Notes: generated by a model from the sequence alone, not told the origin. Shown: positions 26,137 to 36,120, counted from the stretch's first letter. The stretch is DNA of 64,000 nucleotides from a virus (IMGVR_UViG_3300020599_000003:32001-96000); one strand, 5' to 3'. Translations and numbers: made by a program.

Positions 26137-28272
26137 TTATGCGGTGCGGTTGATGCTCACTTGCATCGCCTTGAGGGACTCTTCCGTCCAGAGGTTGCCA
26201 TTACCGTCCTTCTCAGCCACAATGTTCAGGCCGATGAAGTCCGTGGTGGAACCATCCAACACCAGCGACCGGCTGCCGAGGTTCACCGCGTTGTGGGACA
26301 CATCGAGCTTGATCGTGGGTGTCGGAATGCCGAGACGATTGAAGACCATCGTCGTGTTGACAGCAGCCAACCGATACCCAGCAATGGGTGGCGCGTTACC
26401 GGAGTTCTGATAGGTGTCTTCGTTTCCGACGGCAGACGACTGTACGAAGTTCGTAGCCGCAAGCACGCGCCCATCACCGGAAGCCGCAGCGGCATTCGAG
26501 GCAGCACCAGTCGGGACTCGCTCCCACTGAGGCGTACCCACATCGGTGTCGAATCCAGTGGGCCGGGGGCGCACTTGGATATCCCCACGGGGAATGTCGT
26601 TCATAGACGTACCAGACATGTCCGTCATGATGACATCGCCCCACATGCTGAACCCATAGGACGACGTGCAGAACCAGAGGCGCTGCGTGGAGGAAGCTGC
26701 TGCAACGTTGGTTGCGGTCGTGCCGACCTTGACGTCATCGACCCAGAACTCCACATCGAATGTCGGCACCGATTGCCCGGATACGGAGCGGCCCACAATC
26801 TGACACTTGTGCCAGAGCGCATCAGTCGAGTTGCTCACTGTATCGCGTTGCGTGCCGGTAGCAGCCCCCAGATACGTGCAGATCCCGGAGTTGGTGGCGT
26901 TGATGCCCATCATCTGGTTACCACCAGTGAGGAATCCGCTACCCGAATACGCATCTGCGAAGAACAGCCCCGTAGGCGTTACCGAAGCGTTCGGGGCAGT
27001 TCGGGCGCTGGTAGTTCCTTGGATGAGTTCCCAAGTACCTTGACCAGCGTACTTCATTACCGCAGAGATCACGCTGTTGAGGGCGAACATGTACAGACCA
27101 TCGTTCATCTTCAGGTCGCGCCACACCAGATCACGCCCGTTCAGGTTGAGGTCGTTCGTGACGACCGTCCACATGGTGGCATCGGTGCTGGTGAGAGTGT
27201 TCGACTGGTTAGTGAGCGCTATGAACTCACCGTTGTAGAACGTGACCCAGTTGATGTGTTCGGTCGTACCGGACGTGCGGAGGGCCCAGGTGACTCCACC
27301 ATCAGTGGAGCTCCAGATGCGACCCGAGTCTCCGACCACAGCAATCTTGGTTCCATCCGTGCTGCAAGCGGTCGCCCGTGGGGTTGCAGCCGTCGTGCCT
27401 CCGGAGAACACTGCGGTCCACGAAGTCCCGTTGAGTGACCGCCCGATGAGGATCGCCTTGGAATTGTAGTCCGTACCGACGTAGATGAAGCAGCCTGCCT
27501 GAGCGAACCAGTCGATGGTAGTGGGGATGCCACCCAGGGACTGCCCGTTCTTGGTATCCCACACTGCTGTAGGCGTACCACCGAACACGTTGGTGCTGTA
27601 GATCGTTGCTCCGGAATTGTTAGCCCTGTTGAACCACGTATAGTAGTAGTACCCGTCATGGTACGTCGCGTCGCGGTAGCCTACATTGGTCGCGGCCTGC
27701 GCAACGGAAACCGTGGGGTTGGTGGCGCTGTTCCACTTACCCATATAGGCGTTCGTGGTCATCAGCACTTCACCGTTCTCGGTTAGCTTAAGGTGGGAGG
27801 TGCTATCCTCGTCCCACCCGTAGCCTGTCCCGCCGGGTACGGAAGTTGCAGTAGTCCAGTTGTAGAAGTCCGTAGAATCCTGGTATAGAGTCCAGTTGGG
27901 CACGCCTCGAATGGTCACTCCGTCCGTCGTGTAGAGGTACTGGAGCTTCGGGGTGGAATCGTAGCGGCCTTGAAACGTCAGGCAGAACCCACCGGCGCTG
28001 TAATATTCCTGAGCGCTCCCGACGTCAAGAATCATTTCGTTCGTGCTACTATTGCCGGAATGGCCCGGGAAGGTAGTCGCAGTGGCGTAGCTGAAGCGCT
28101 GAAGAGTATTCCCGCTCTTGGTGTTCCAACGAGCACCCTTCGCTACACCCATGAAGCGCAGTGCAGTGCCGTCCGAGTTTGTCTGGATATTCTTGGTCTT
28201 GCCACCCAGCATGGCAGTGAGGTCAGGCCACGTCTTGGCATGGTTGAACGAGATTACTTTCTTGAGTGCCAT
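26137..28272 (-). CDS. tail appendage / receptor-binding protein with BNR propeller (paralog)
   Basis: RSLNGTSW, SSTDGGVTW, TSTDATMW; LWHKC...FWVDD; C-terminus related to neighbours. Confidence 0.75.
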   Translation of the reverse strand: MALKKVISFNHAKTWPDLTAMLGGKTKNIQTNSDGTALRFMGVAKGARWNTKSGNTLQRFSYATATTFPGHSGNSSTNEMILDVGSAQEYYSAGGFCLTFQGRYDSTPKLQYLYTTDGVTIRGVPNWTLYQDSTDFYNWTTATSVPGGTGYGWDEDSTSHLKLTENGEVLMTTNAYMGKWNSATNPTVSVAQAATNVGYRDATYHDGYYYYTWFNRANNSGATIYSTNVFGGTPTAVWDTKNGQSLGGIPTTIDWFAQAGCFIYVGTDYNSKAILIGRSLNGTSWTAVFSGGTTAATPRATACSTDGTKIAVVGDSGRIWSSTDGGVTWALRTSGTTEHINWVTFYNGEFIALTNQSNTLTSTDATMWTVVTNDLNLNGRDLVWRDLKMNDGLYMFALNSVISAVMKYAGQGTWELIQGTTSARTAPNASVTPTGLFFADAYSGSGFLTGGNQMMGINATNSGICTYLGAATGTQRDTVSNSTDALWHKCQIVGRSVSGQSVPTFDVEFWVDDVKVGTTATNVAAASSTQRLWFCTSSYGFSMWGDVIMTDMSGTSMNDIPRGDIQVRPRPTGFDTDVGTPQWERVPTGAASNAAAASGDGRVLAATNFVQSSAVGNEDTYQNSGNAPPIAGYRLAAVNTTMVFNRLGIPTPTIKLDVSHNAVNLGSRSLVLDGSTTDFIGLNIVAEKDGNGNLWTEESLKAMQVSINRTA

Positions 28273-28324
28273 CTCTTATCCTTCTTTGGCCCGACGAGAC
28301 CGCTCCCACCGGGCCACACGAGAG

Positions 28325-29524
28325 TTACAGGCTGACGTTGCCCACTTCCAGCAGTGCCAGATTGGTCAGGTTGAACGGCGTGCTGCTGGCCGATTGTTCC
28401 TGTACCGCGATGATACGCTGAGCGTTCTTGCCGACCACGTCGAAGTTCACCGTGGTGGCGTCCGCTGCCTGATACTTCAGCTGCGGGTTGACCGACAGGA
28501 ACTTCTCCGAGGTTTCGGTGATCTGGACAGCCTTGATGTTCTGGATGTCCGGGAACAGCGATGTGTCAAACTTGTACAGGTCGATCTGACCGCTGTCGGT
28601 GGCCTGCACGAAGTCCGTGTCGGACGCCGCGCATTCCCAGTTCTGCTTGCCGCTGTCCGACGGAGTCCACTGGCTCACCGAACCGTTGGCGTTCAGCGGC
28701 ATCGGGAACGAGCGTACAGGCGGCATGAGCGGCATGTCGTTCGAGCCTTGAGCCGGCAGGTTGGCTTCACCGTCCGTGAAGCCAGCAGGCCAGAGCAGCG
28801 TACCATTGCGATCCACCGAGGTACCATCCACTTGCTGCATGGTGCAGTCGTCCAGCGTGAACGTGAACGCCGTGCTGTGGATTTCACCCCAGCGGTTGAT
28901 GACCGACGTGTTGAATGTGGTGGCGGACAGCGTGGTGGCGAGGTTGTCGCGGATAGTAGCGCCGGACACCGTGACCGAGGTCTGCAGCGTGTTGGCAGCC
29001 GTTGCACCCGTGACGCGGACAACCACGAAGTAGTACAGGCCCGTCTGAACAGCCACCAGCACAGGCGACGTCGCGAAGGAGCTGTAGTTCGTGGGGAACA
29101 CGAGGTTCAGGCCGTTGGTCGTGTTGTTCAGGATGCCGAACAGGGGAATGATGTTGGCCGTGGCCGTCGGAGCCAGCGAGCTCGACGTCAGGAACACCAT
29201 CGGCGTGGCTGCAACCGTGGCTGCAACCGTGTCGATGCGGACCCATCCGGACCATGCGAACAGGGTCTTCTGGGCGTTCTGGCCTGCGGTCACGGCATTT
29301 GTGATGACGCCAGTGGATTGGAACTCGCGCAGGAAGCCGATGCCAGCCGTGGCGCTCGGGGCGCGGGCGCAGGCGAGACCACGTCCGCCGAACTTGCCGG
29401 TGCCTGCCGTGATCTCCGGCGTGTACGTGGGGTTGGGGGTGTAGTTCGGGTAGTTCTGGGCGAGAACACCAGTGGGGTCCGCTTCCATCCCGAAGGTGTC
29501 TTTGATGAAGTTGACGATGGACAT
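28325..29524 (-). CDS. tail appendage protein (paralog lacking propeller)
   Basis: ATG 29524; shares C-terminal P.......QWTPS...N.E......D..VQA.....DLY with the two neighbours. Confidence 0.7.
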   Translation of the reverse strand: MSIVNFIKDTFGMEADPTGVLAQNYPNYTPNPTYTPEITAGTGKFGGRGLACARAPSATAGIGFLREFQSTGVITNAVTAGQNAQKTLFAWSGWVRIDTVAATVAATPMVFLTSSSLAPTATANIIPLFGILNNTTNGLNLVFPTNYSSFATSPVLVAVQTGLYYFVVVRVTGATAANTLQTSVTVSGATIRDNLATTLSATTFNTSVINRWGEIHSTAFTFTLDDCTMQQVDGTSVDRNGTLLWPAGFTDGEANLPAQGSNDMPLMPPVRSFPMPLNANGSVSQWTPSDSGKQNWECAASDTDFVQATDSGQIDLYKFDTSLFPDIQNIKAVQITETSEKFLSVNPQLKYQAADATTVNFDVVGKNAQRIIAVQEQSASSTPFNLTNLALLEVGNVSL

Positions 29525-29541
29525 GTAGATTCCTCTGTGGA

Positions 29542-30771
29542 TTAGGGCGCGCGACGGCCGACCATGTTGCAACTGAACTGAGCAATGTTGGAGGGCCAGA
29601 CCCATTCGAGCAAGTCACCGATCTCGAAGGTCGGCTCCGTTTCGGTGCTGGTCCAGGTGACGGCATCGGTGGCCAGGGTGTACTGGATCGAGCCGATGTT
29701 GGTGGACACGCCAGCACGGATGCGGTTCAGCTGCACAATGGCGGTGCTGCCAGTGTAGAGCTTGAAATATGCATACGAGCTAGCGAAGTTTTGCGCGAAC
29801 TTGACCTGGAACGGGAACGGATAGCGCACGTTGCCGAGCAGCACCGGAGCGCCGTTGGCGTTGAAGCCTACCAGCGACACCGCCGGATCAGGCGGCAGAT
29901 TGTCCAGGTCGTTGTAGTCGTTGGTTGTAGCAACCAGAGCAGCATTGGTGACGTCCGCGATGGTGTGCGTGTGCGGCTTCGGGGTGAAGGTCAGCGGGAT
30001 GCCGCTCAGATCGCTGTACTGGTTGGTCTTGCCGACCAGAGCCAGATCGGGCAGGTTGCCTGCATTGATGATGACGTCGCCGGTCTGGCCGTTCACCGAC
30101 GTGACGGTTGCCACGACGGCGGCAACCTTCTGCCACTTCGTACCATCCGAGACCAGCCAGTCCGCCACGTTCCAGGACGTGGTACCGTCAATGGGGGTGG
30201 TGCCAGCCACTGACACGACGTACAGCCAGCCCAAGTTGCCAGCATCGGCAGCCGGGATGGTCGGCGTGTTGGTAGACGCGTCCCAGGTGCCCTTATACAC
30301 CATCGCGCCGGTGATCGAGTCCGGTAGATACTGCGGCAGGATACGATCGTTGGCATCGAGGATGTCCAGGCCCAGGTCCTGGCGGGTGATGACCACCGTG
30401 CCAGTCTGAGCAGTGCCGTCCTGGCCGCGCACGGACAGCACGTCCGCAGCGATCAGGCCGTCGATCTGGACACTGAGTCCTTGGCCGACCATGACACCAC
30501 CCAACACCGTTTCCGATGCGGGCATCAGCACGTACTGCGGCGGGATGGTAGGCTTGTTGTTGAGGTCGTTGTAGTTGCCCGTGGTAGCGACCGTTGCGAG
30601 GTCGGTGGGCGACACACCGAACTTCACAACGACGCCAGCCGCGTTCTTGGAGTACAGGACCTTGTCGGTCATGTTCATCGCAAGCTGGCGCTCGATGAGA
30701 ACAGAGGGGTCCGGAACCTTACCTGCCTCCTCCGTTCCCAGGTGCTGGATGGGGATATTGACGATGGACAT
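29542..30771 (-). CDS. tail fibre protein
   Basis: N-terminal fibre-anchor-like QLAMNMTDKVLYSK; ATVATTGNYNDL.NKP x3-like repeats; YKGTWDASTNTP; VTSVNGQTGDV. Confidence 0.8.
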   Translation of the reverse strand: MSIVNIPIQHLGTEEAGKVPDPSVLIERQLAMNMTDKVLYSKNAAGVVVKFGVSPTDLATVATTGNYNDLNNKPTIPPQYVLMPASETVLGGVMVGQGLSVQIDGLIAADVLSVRGQDGTAQTGTVVITRQDLGLDILDANDRILPQYLPDSITGAMVYKGTWDASTNTPTIPAADAGNLGWLYVVSVAGTTPIDGTTSWNVADWLVSDGTKWQKVAAVVATVTSVNGQTGDVIINAGNLPDLALVGKTNQYSDLSGIPLTFTPKPHTHTIADVTNAALVATTNDYNDLDNLPPDPAVSLVGFNANGAPVLLGNVRYPFPFQVKFAQNFASSYAYFKLYTGSTAIVQLNRIRAGVSTNIGSIQYTLATDAVTWTSTETEPTFEIGDLLEWVWPSNIAQFSCNMVGRRAP

Positions 30772-33700
30772 TTAGAACGTTCCTTGGTCGATGATGAGGT
30801 TCGTCATCCAGTTCAGCGTTACCGGCTGCTGTGGTTGGGTGGGATCGGCCATACCATCGATGGTGTAGCCAGCGGCGTTCTGCCCGCCCGTGAACGGTAC
30901 GGAACCATCCGCCTTGAGAGCTCCCAGGTCCTCGGCAGTCAGAGGCACGTTACCCGAACTGTCAGGGCTGATGCCAGCGACCGACGACACCGTACCGGAA
31001 CCGCCACCTCCGGCGACCAAGATCTGGACGCCAGTAGCCGTCTCGACGAAGTCCACTCCCGGCGAGGGAAGCAGCTTCTTCATCGTGACGTTGCCGTCCG
31101 GATCGGTGCCAGCCACCAGCCCCGCCGCGCCTGCGGTGGCATCGATAGCGTCGGATACCGTCTGGACGCCGGTATTGGTGTTGGTGACCGTGATGGTGCC
31201 AGCCGAATTCGTCGTGACTTCGATACCGTCGCCGCCCACCACATTGACAGGGCCGGTGAGACCGTTCAGATTGGTGACCGAGACAGATGCGCCCCCATCG
31301 TACGTGATGAGCAGAGTGTCAGTACCTTGCGCGGTAACGCTGATACCGGCGTCGCCCACGATGTTCAAAGCGCCGTTCAGGGTGTTCAGCGAAAGAACCG
31401 GGTTGGCAAGGCCCACCGCTGCAATGGTGATGTCCTGACCGGACGGGGTCACCTGAATGCCAGACCCGCCGACAATGTTAAGATCACCGAGCAGGGCGTT
31501 CAGCGAAGTGACACCCCCGCCGGTGCCACCAGACGAGACGAAGGTGATGGTACCATCCGGATCCGACGTGATCGTCATGCCCGAACCGGCTGCGAAGTTC
31601 AGGTCGCCAGTGAGCTGGTTGGCTCCGGCCGTGATGGCCGTAACGCCAGTGTTGGTGATCGTGATGTTCTGGCCGGTAATGGACAGGTCGATGCCATCAC
31701 CTTCCTGCAGCAGGGCCTCGCCCTTCACACCGTTCAACGACTCGATGCCGGTGTAGGCCACCGTGATCTTCTGGCCGTTGACAGTCGCCGTGATGGGGTC
31801 CGTACCTTCGATCTCGACTACGCCCTTCAGACCATTCAGCTCGTCCACACCTGCCGCAGCTTGCTCCGATGTCAGAGTCAGGATGCCACCGGCTTCGGTG
31901 ATGGTCAGACCGCCGCCGCCCTGCAGACGCTTCATAACGCCTTCAGAATTGAACACCAGCGGGAAGGTTCCAGCGCCACCATCCACCGAGGTCAGTTCGA
32001 GAACGCCCGTGTTGGTGACAGTCACCGTCGTGGCGTTGCTGGTCACTTCGATGCCATCACCGGCTGCGATGGTCTTCAGCACGCCGCCAGTGTCGTTGCT
32101 CACCAGCGATTGACCGCCAGCACCAGCCGAAGAGATGGCTTTCAGGCGCTCACCCAGAGCATCGTCGATGCCCTTCAGGTGCGCGGTGAGGTACGCAGCA
32201 GCCGCCCCCACGTAGTTGACGCCGACGTAGGAGACGATGGTGTCGAGGTCGTAGGCTTTCTTCTGACCGAGGTCCGTACCCGTCAGCACATCCTTCGCGA
32301 GGTTGCGCGTGACGTTCGCCAGGACGTAGGGGCAAGCACCCGTCTTGGAGATGAACGACTGAGCCGTGTTGCTGACCCAGGTGCTGGTGTCATCCAGCAC
32401 CAGCAAGCCGGTTGCCGCAGTGGACGTGATGCAGGCCACGTTGGGATCGGTGCCAAGCGCCCGCGCTTTCCGGACGGACATGATGCCGCCCATGTGCCGG
32501 AACGTGTTGGCATGGCCGATGTCCATGTAGTCTGCCGTACCACCACTGCTCTCGATCACCGCCGTGCTGATCGAGGGGAAGCCGCGCACGTATACCTGCG
32601 GCGTCGTACCATCGTGTTGGAGCTTGCCAGCGTTGACATATAGACCTTCGAAGACCGCAGCACCAGTCCACGCGCCGGTGGATTCGTTAGTGAGCAGAGC
32701 GATGTTCGTGTTGTTGGTCTGGATGCTGATGTTGCGGAACTTGTAGCCTTCGGTCGTACCCACGCGAGTGATGGACATGCACGGCTCGGTCCCCGTATAG
32801 ATGATCGCCATATCACTCATGGCGATGGGCAGCGTGCCGCCTGCCGAGACCGTGCCACGCAGCATCGTGGCGTCCTTGTTGTCGGAGCTCACCCAGCCCT
32901 GCAGCCAGACGCGCTTCGACCCCAGGATCAGGTTCTCGTCGTAGTACCCAGGCGAGATCATGATCTTGGAGTTGTCGGGGGCGTTGTTGAGCGCCAGCCC
33001 GATGGTCGCGTAGGGATTGCCCTGCGTGCCGTTGCCAGTTACGGGATCGGACTCGCAGTCCACCCAGACGGTTTCAGACGGAGTCCAGGTGCCGACCTTG
33101 CTGATGTCGATGCTGAGCGCACCGTCAGTGTCCAGGACCAGACCCTCCGAGGTGGCGGGTACGTAGATGGTGCCCGGCACAGTGGCGGTCGCGACCGGAA
33201 CCGTGACGTTGCCGGTGTTGTCTGGGCTTTCACCGTTGACCGTCTTGACCGTACCACCGAACGTCGGATCGACTTCCAGGATGCCGTCAGCATCGATGAT
33301 CAGGCCACTGTCGGGCTTGATCTGGACAACGCCAGTGGAGGTGTAGGTGGCAACCTGTTCGTAGCCACCATCCATCCAGACATACTCGTTGCCGTCGCTG
33401 ACCAGCCAGTCACCAACCTTGAGATCGTATCCGTACTGCTGGCCCGCTACCGTGACGCGCCAGTAGAAGCCGATGTTGTCCTGGTCAGGTGCGGGCAGGG
33501 GCTGTCCCGTACCAGTGTCGATGTTCTGCTGAACATCGAACTGACCCGAGAATGGAGGCATCAGACCAGCCCAACGCAAATCGCCGAACAAGAAGTCCGG
33601 TAGTTCGTCCTTGGGGATCTTTCCGTTCTCGTCCAGGGAAGCGTCCACCACCCGGACCGTCACGTACAGCGACTTGTCAGAGGGTTCTATGGAAGCAGGC

Positions 33701-34029
33701 AGATCGACCACCACGCCATTGCGGTAGGCGACAAAGCTCGACGGGGCTGGTACCAGAGGGGCCGACAGGTCGGCATACACGCTGATCTCATAGCCTCGGT
33801 ACACCGACATGTTCAGCATGCTGAACGGAGCGATGTAGCGCCACGACCGGCCATTGCTGATGTACAGGCCCGGCTTGTAGGACGGGTTGCCGGACTCAGC
33901 CAGTACGGCAAGCTGGTAGCGTATAGACGGAGTCTTCAGGGAGGCTACAACCGATGCCGACGCGTCTTGCACCAGAGCACCAGTGTGCAGCTTCACGGGG
34001 ACCGAGTAGGGGAAGTCGGGGGCTTGCAT
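30772..34029 (-). CDS. long tail fibre / tailspike with beta-helix domain and shaft repeats
   Basis: WVDC..DPVTGNGTQGNPYATI..AL...I..SPG.Y.E.L beta-helix cap; about 6 VTSLNGL.G...GDGI..T repeats; C-terminal DG..PFTG...MADP. Confidence 0.82.
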   Translation of the reverse strand: MQAPDFPYSVPVKLHTGALVQDASASVVASLKTPSIRYQLAVLAESGNPSYKPGLYISNGRSWRYIAPFSMLNMSVYRGYEISVYADLSAPLVPAPSSFVAYRNGVVVDLPASIEPSDKSLYVTVRVVDASLDENGKIPKDELPDFLFGDLRWAGLMPPFSGQFDVQQNIDTGTGQPLPAPDQDNIGFYWRVTVAGQQYGYDLKVGDWLVSDGNEYVWMDGGYEQVATYTSTGVVQIKPDSGLIIDADGILEVDPTFGGTVKTVNGESPDNTGNVTVPVATATVPGTIYVPATSEGLVLDTDGALSIDISKVGTWTPSETVWVDCESDPVTGNGTQGNPYATIGLALNNAPDNSKIMISPGYYDENLILGSKRVWLQGWVSSDNKDATMLRGTVSAGGTLPIAMSDMAIIYTGTEPCMSITRVGTTEGYKFRNISIQTNNTNIALLTNESTGAWTGAAVFEGLYVNAGKLQHDGTTPQVYVRGFPSISTAVIESSGGTADYMDIGHANTFRHMGGIMSVRKARALGTDPNVACITSTAATGLLVLDDTSTWVSNTAQSFISKTGACPYVLANVTRNLAKDVLTGTDLGQKKAYDLDTIVSYVGVNYVGAAAAYLTAHLKGIDDALGERLKAISSAGAGGQSLVSNDTGGVLKTIAAGDGIEVTSNATTVTVTNTGVLELTSVDGGAGTFPLVFNSEGVMKRLQGGGGLTITEAGGILTLTSEQAAAGVDELNGLKGVVEIEGTDPITATVNGQKITVAYTGIESLNGVKGEALLQEGDGIDLSITGQNITITNTGVTAITAGANQLTGDLNFAAGSGMTITSDPDGTITFVSSGGTGGGVTSLNALLGDLNIVGGSGIQVTPSGQDITIAAVGLANPVLSLNTLNGALNIVGDAGISVTAQGTDTLLITYDGGASVSVTNLNGLTGPVNVVGGDGIEVTTNSAGTITVTNTNTGVQTVSDAIDATAGAAGLVAGTDPDGNVTMKKLLPSPGVDFVETATGVQILVAGGGGSGTVSSVAGISPDSSGNVPLTAEDLGALKADGSVPFTGGQNAAGYTIDGMADPTQPQQPVTLNWMTNLIIDQGTF

Positions 34030-34031
34030 TT

Positions 34032-34238
34032 CTACCGTCCGTTTATTTTCTTGATTCGCTGGGAACGCTCCCACATCTCGCGGCAATCATCCACTTCCGG
34101 GTCGCAAAAGACTCCTTCCACGGGTGTACCGCAGAACAGACATCTGCCGCGAGTGTAGAGTTGCTTCTTGAGAGTCCCTCTGACCTCAGTCACAATGTTT
34201 TCTGCGTAGTCTCCGGCGAGATCGGCTACATCTGCCAT
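34032..34238 (-). CDS. TraR/DksA-like C4 zinc-finger protein
   Basis: MADVADLA = DxxDxA tip motif; CLFC...FC......C. Confidence 0.65.
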   Translation of the reverse strand: MADVADLAGDYAENIVTEVRGTLKKQLYTRGRCLFCGTPVEGVFCDPEVDDCREMWERSQRIKKINGR

Positions 34239-34250
34239 TCTTAACTGCTC

Positions 34251-34778
34251 CTAATTGGTAATCACGACGCGCGCGATATCGGTTCGTACTTGGCCGCTGA
34301 CCAGAGGATTGAGTTTGTAGATCACTTGCACGTGCAGAGTGTACTCGCCCGGTGGCAGCGAACTCGGCATTCGGTAAGAGGTTCCGCCCATGAGCGTCAT
34401 CGGATTTTCCGCCTCGATGATGGGCCACACATAGACGTTCGCACCTCGTGCATCCCGGAGCACAGCCATGAATCGAGCTCGCATGACCTGGGCGTCCAGG
34501 ACGATGGGGCTGGTTACTTGGAAGGACTCTCTGAGACCCTCCTTGACAGTGATGGTGGGGATCGAGTTCTGCTTGAGGGCGATGTTCTCGATCGGGGGTC
34601 GCTGAGTTGCCATGACCAGCGTGGCACCGAAGATGGCGGGCACGCAGATCATAGAAGCTACGCGGAACACCTTCTCGACGAACACAGACAGAATTGCAGC
34701 CTTGTGAGCACCAATCACTTGGGCAATGGCGCACTCGATATGGGTCGGGTGATGAGGTATTGAAGTAGGCGGGTTCAT
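34251..34778 (-). CDS. membrane-anchored lysis-region protein
   Basis: One TM (VASMICVPAIFGATLVMA) then Ig-like beta domain; directly after holin. Confidence 0.65.
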   Translation of the reverse strand: MNPPTSIPHHPTHIECAIAQVIGAHKAAILSVFVEKVFRVASMICVPAIFGATLVMATQRPPIENIALKQNSIPTITVKEGLRESFQVTSPIVLDAQVMRARFMAVLRDARGANVYVWPIIEAENPMTLMGGTSYRMPSSLPPGEYTLHVQVIYKLNPLVSGQVRTDIARVVITN

Positions 34779-34851
34779 CTTGAGGCCTGAGGGGTCAACC
34801 TTCGGGATGTGGGCATCCGGGTATCCGTCGCCCAGTCGCCCAGCACACTTT

Positions 34852-35211
34852 TCACTTCGGTGATTCGACGGACGGTTCATGCCGCAACTCCTCAGTCGTA
34901 AGTGGTGGGTGGGGAACGCCGTATCGCGATCTGAATACGTGCATGAATTCGTTCCATACGCGCGAACCCATCAAGCCTGATACCCCAATCAGAAATGCCA
35001 TCAAGGGGCCGTTGATGTTCTGCCACTGGCACAGCCAGAATGTGAGCAGACCAGTGAAGCCACCGCTGAGGGCCTCAATAAAGAGACGTCCCACAGCGAA
35101 CCTCTCCATGCTGTTCAGGTAGCGGATGGCTGCGGCTACCGCTGAAAGCCCTATGACCCACAGATACGTGAGCATGGGGTAGTCAAAGGGCTCTTTGCTG
35201 TTCATGTCCAT
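34852..35211 (-). CDS. holin, LydA-like
   Basis: Three TM segments (LWVIGLSAVAAAI, LFIEALSGGFTGLLTFWL, LMAFLIGVSGLMG) and charged C-tail. Confidence 0.8.
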   Translation of the reverse strand: MDMNSKEPFDYPMLTYLWVIGLSAVAAAIRYLNSMERFAVGRLFIEALSGGFTGLLTFWLCQWQNINGPLMAFLIGVSGLMGSRVWNEFMHVFRSRYGVPHPPLTTEELRHEPSVESPK

Positions 35212-35324
35212 AGACTGTACATCCTGAATCTACGATCCCCGCGGACGCCATGATATGACGCACACGGGGATCGGGCCGCTACGAAGCCCGTGGCGGCGTG
35301 GCGGGGTGTAGAAAGAACACGAAC

Positions 35325-35714
35325 TCACGTCGGCTCCGCCTTGGCGAACGTCAATTCCGCTCGCACGGGGTTGACCCTCGCGTTGGTAATCTTCCAGCTT
35401 GTGATGGGACTGTCGATGAAGAACGCGCTGCTTACGGGGACAGTCACAGTTTGCGGAGGACCTCCCCCTATACGCGGGTAGGTCACCGTCAGATCAAGCG
35501 GGGCGCTGGTCCATAGGAAGAGAAGATTGCACGCGCCGCCAGTCTGCTCCTCCCCAGGCCCCAGGTCCAAGCGCAGGGTCACGATGTCCTGCGTGTTCTG
35601 CCACGCAGACATGTATGTGCCGATGTTGGTGGAGAGTTGGCTGGTGCTGCTCTTGACTTCGAAGCGTACAGATGCCGCGTAGGTCTGGGCGACAGGCCCT
35701 ATATAGATGTTCAC
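35325..35714 (-). CDS. beta-rich hypothetical (probable virion) protein
   Basis: GTG start with GGGA SD; follows late motif. Confidence 0.7.
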   Translation of the reverse strand: MNIYIGPVAQTYAASVRFEVKSSTSQLSTNIGTYMSAWQNTQDIVTLRLDLGPGEEQTGGACNLLFLWTSAPLDLTVTYPRIGGGPPQTVTVPVSSAFFIDSPITSWKITNARVNPVRAELTFAKAEPT

Positions 35715-35755
35715 GGGTGGATCCCTGCAATTTGATGAGTGCCTGGCGAGACCTT

Positions 35756-35763
35756 ATAAAATT
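35756..35763 (-). promoter_or_regulatory. AATTTTAT late-type motif
   Basis: 42 nt upstream of GTG 35714. Confidence 0.55.
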
Positions 35764-35773
35764 GCCCGGCATA

Positions 35774-35779
35774 GTAAAT
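35774..35779 (+). promoter_or_regulatory. GTAAAT motif (divergent from late motif)
   Basis: 24 nt upstream of ATG 35803. Confidence 0.5.
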
Positions 35780-35802
35780 AAGCAGTACCCAAGGAGTACT
35801 CA

Positions 35803-36120
35803 ATGATCATCAAGCCCGAAATGGCGCCTCGTGAGTTCGACGTGCCGTGCATCTACCGCCAGACCAGCGTTCGCCGCAGCGCGGCCCTCATGTTTGACCC
35901 ATTCGTCCTCGTCAGCTTCGCAGCCACTGCCGCCTCCTACGCACTGGAAGCCTACGACTCGCAGGACAAGATTACCGAGTATCTGCGAGGCGAGTTCACG
36001 CGCCATTACGGCGGGGGCATCACGGTCGACCCCGTCTTCGATTTCCAGGGCAGTTGCGTCGCCATGGACCTCATCATTGGGGCTCCGCTGCCCTTCAGCC
36101 ACTCGATAGAGGTGCAATGA
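35803..36120 (+). CDS. hypothetical protein (105 aa)
   Basis: AAGGAG SD; ATGA coupling to exonuclease. Confidence 0.7.
   Translation: MIIKPEMAPREFDVPCIYRQTSVRRSAALMFDPFVLVSFAATAASYALEAYDSQDKITEYLRGEFTRHYGGGITVDPVFDFQGSCVAMDLIIGAPLPFSHSIEVQ

Noticed and set aside
30481-32643. Very long opposite-strand ORFs in the track (also 3277-4467, 28118-29545, 44033-45463, 47604-49232, 49440-51089)
   Set aside because: They shadow genuine genes with strong GC3 bias; no SD, no motifs and unnatural composition.
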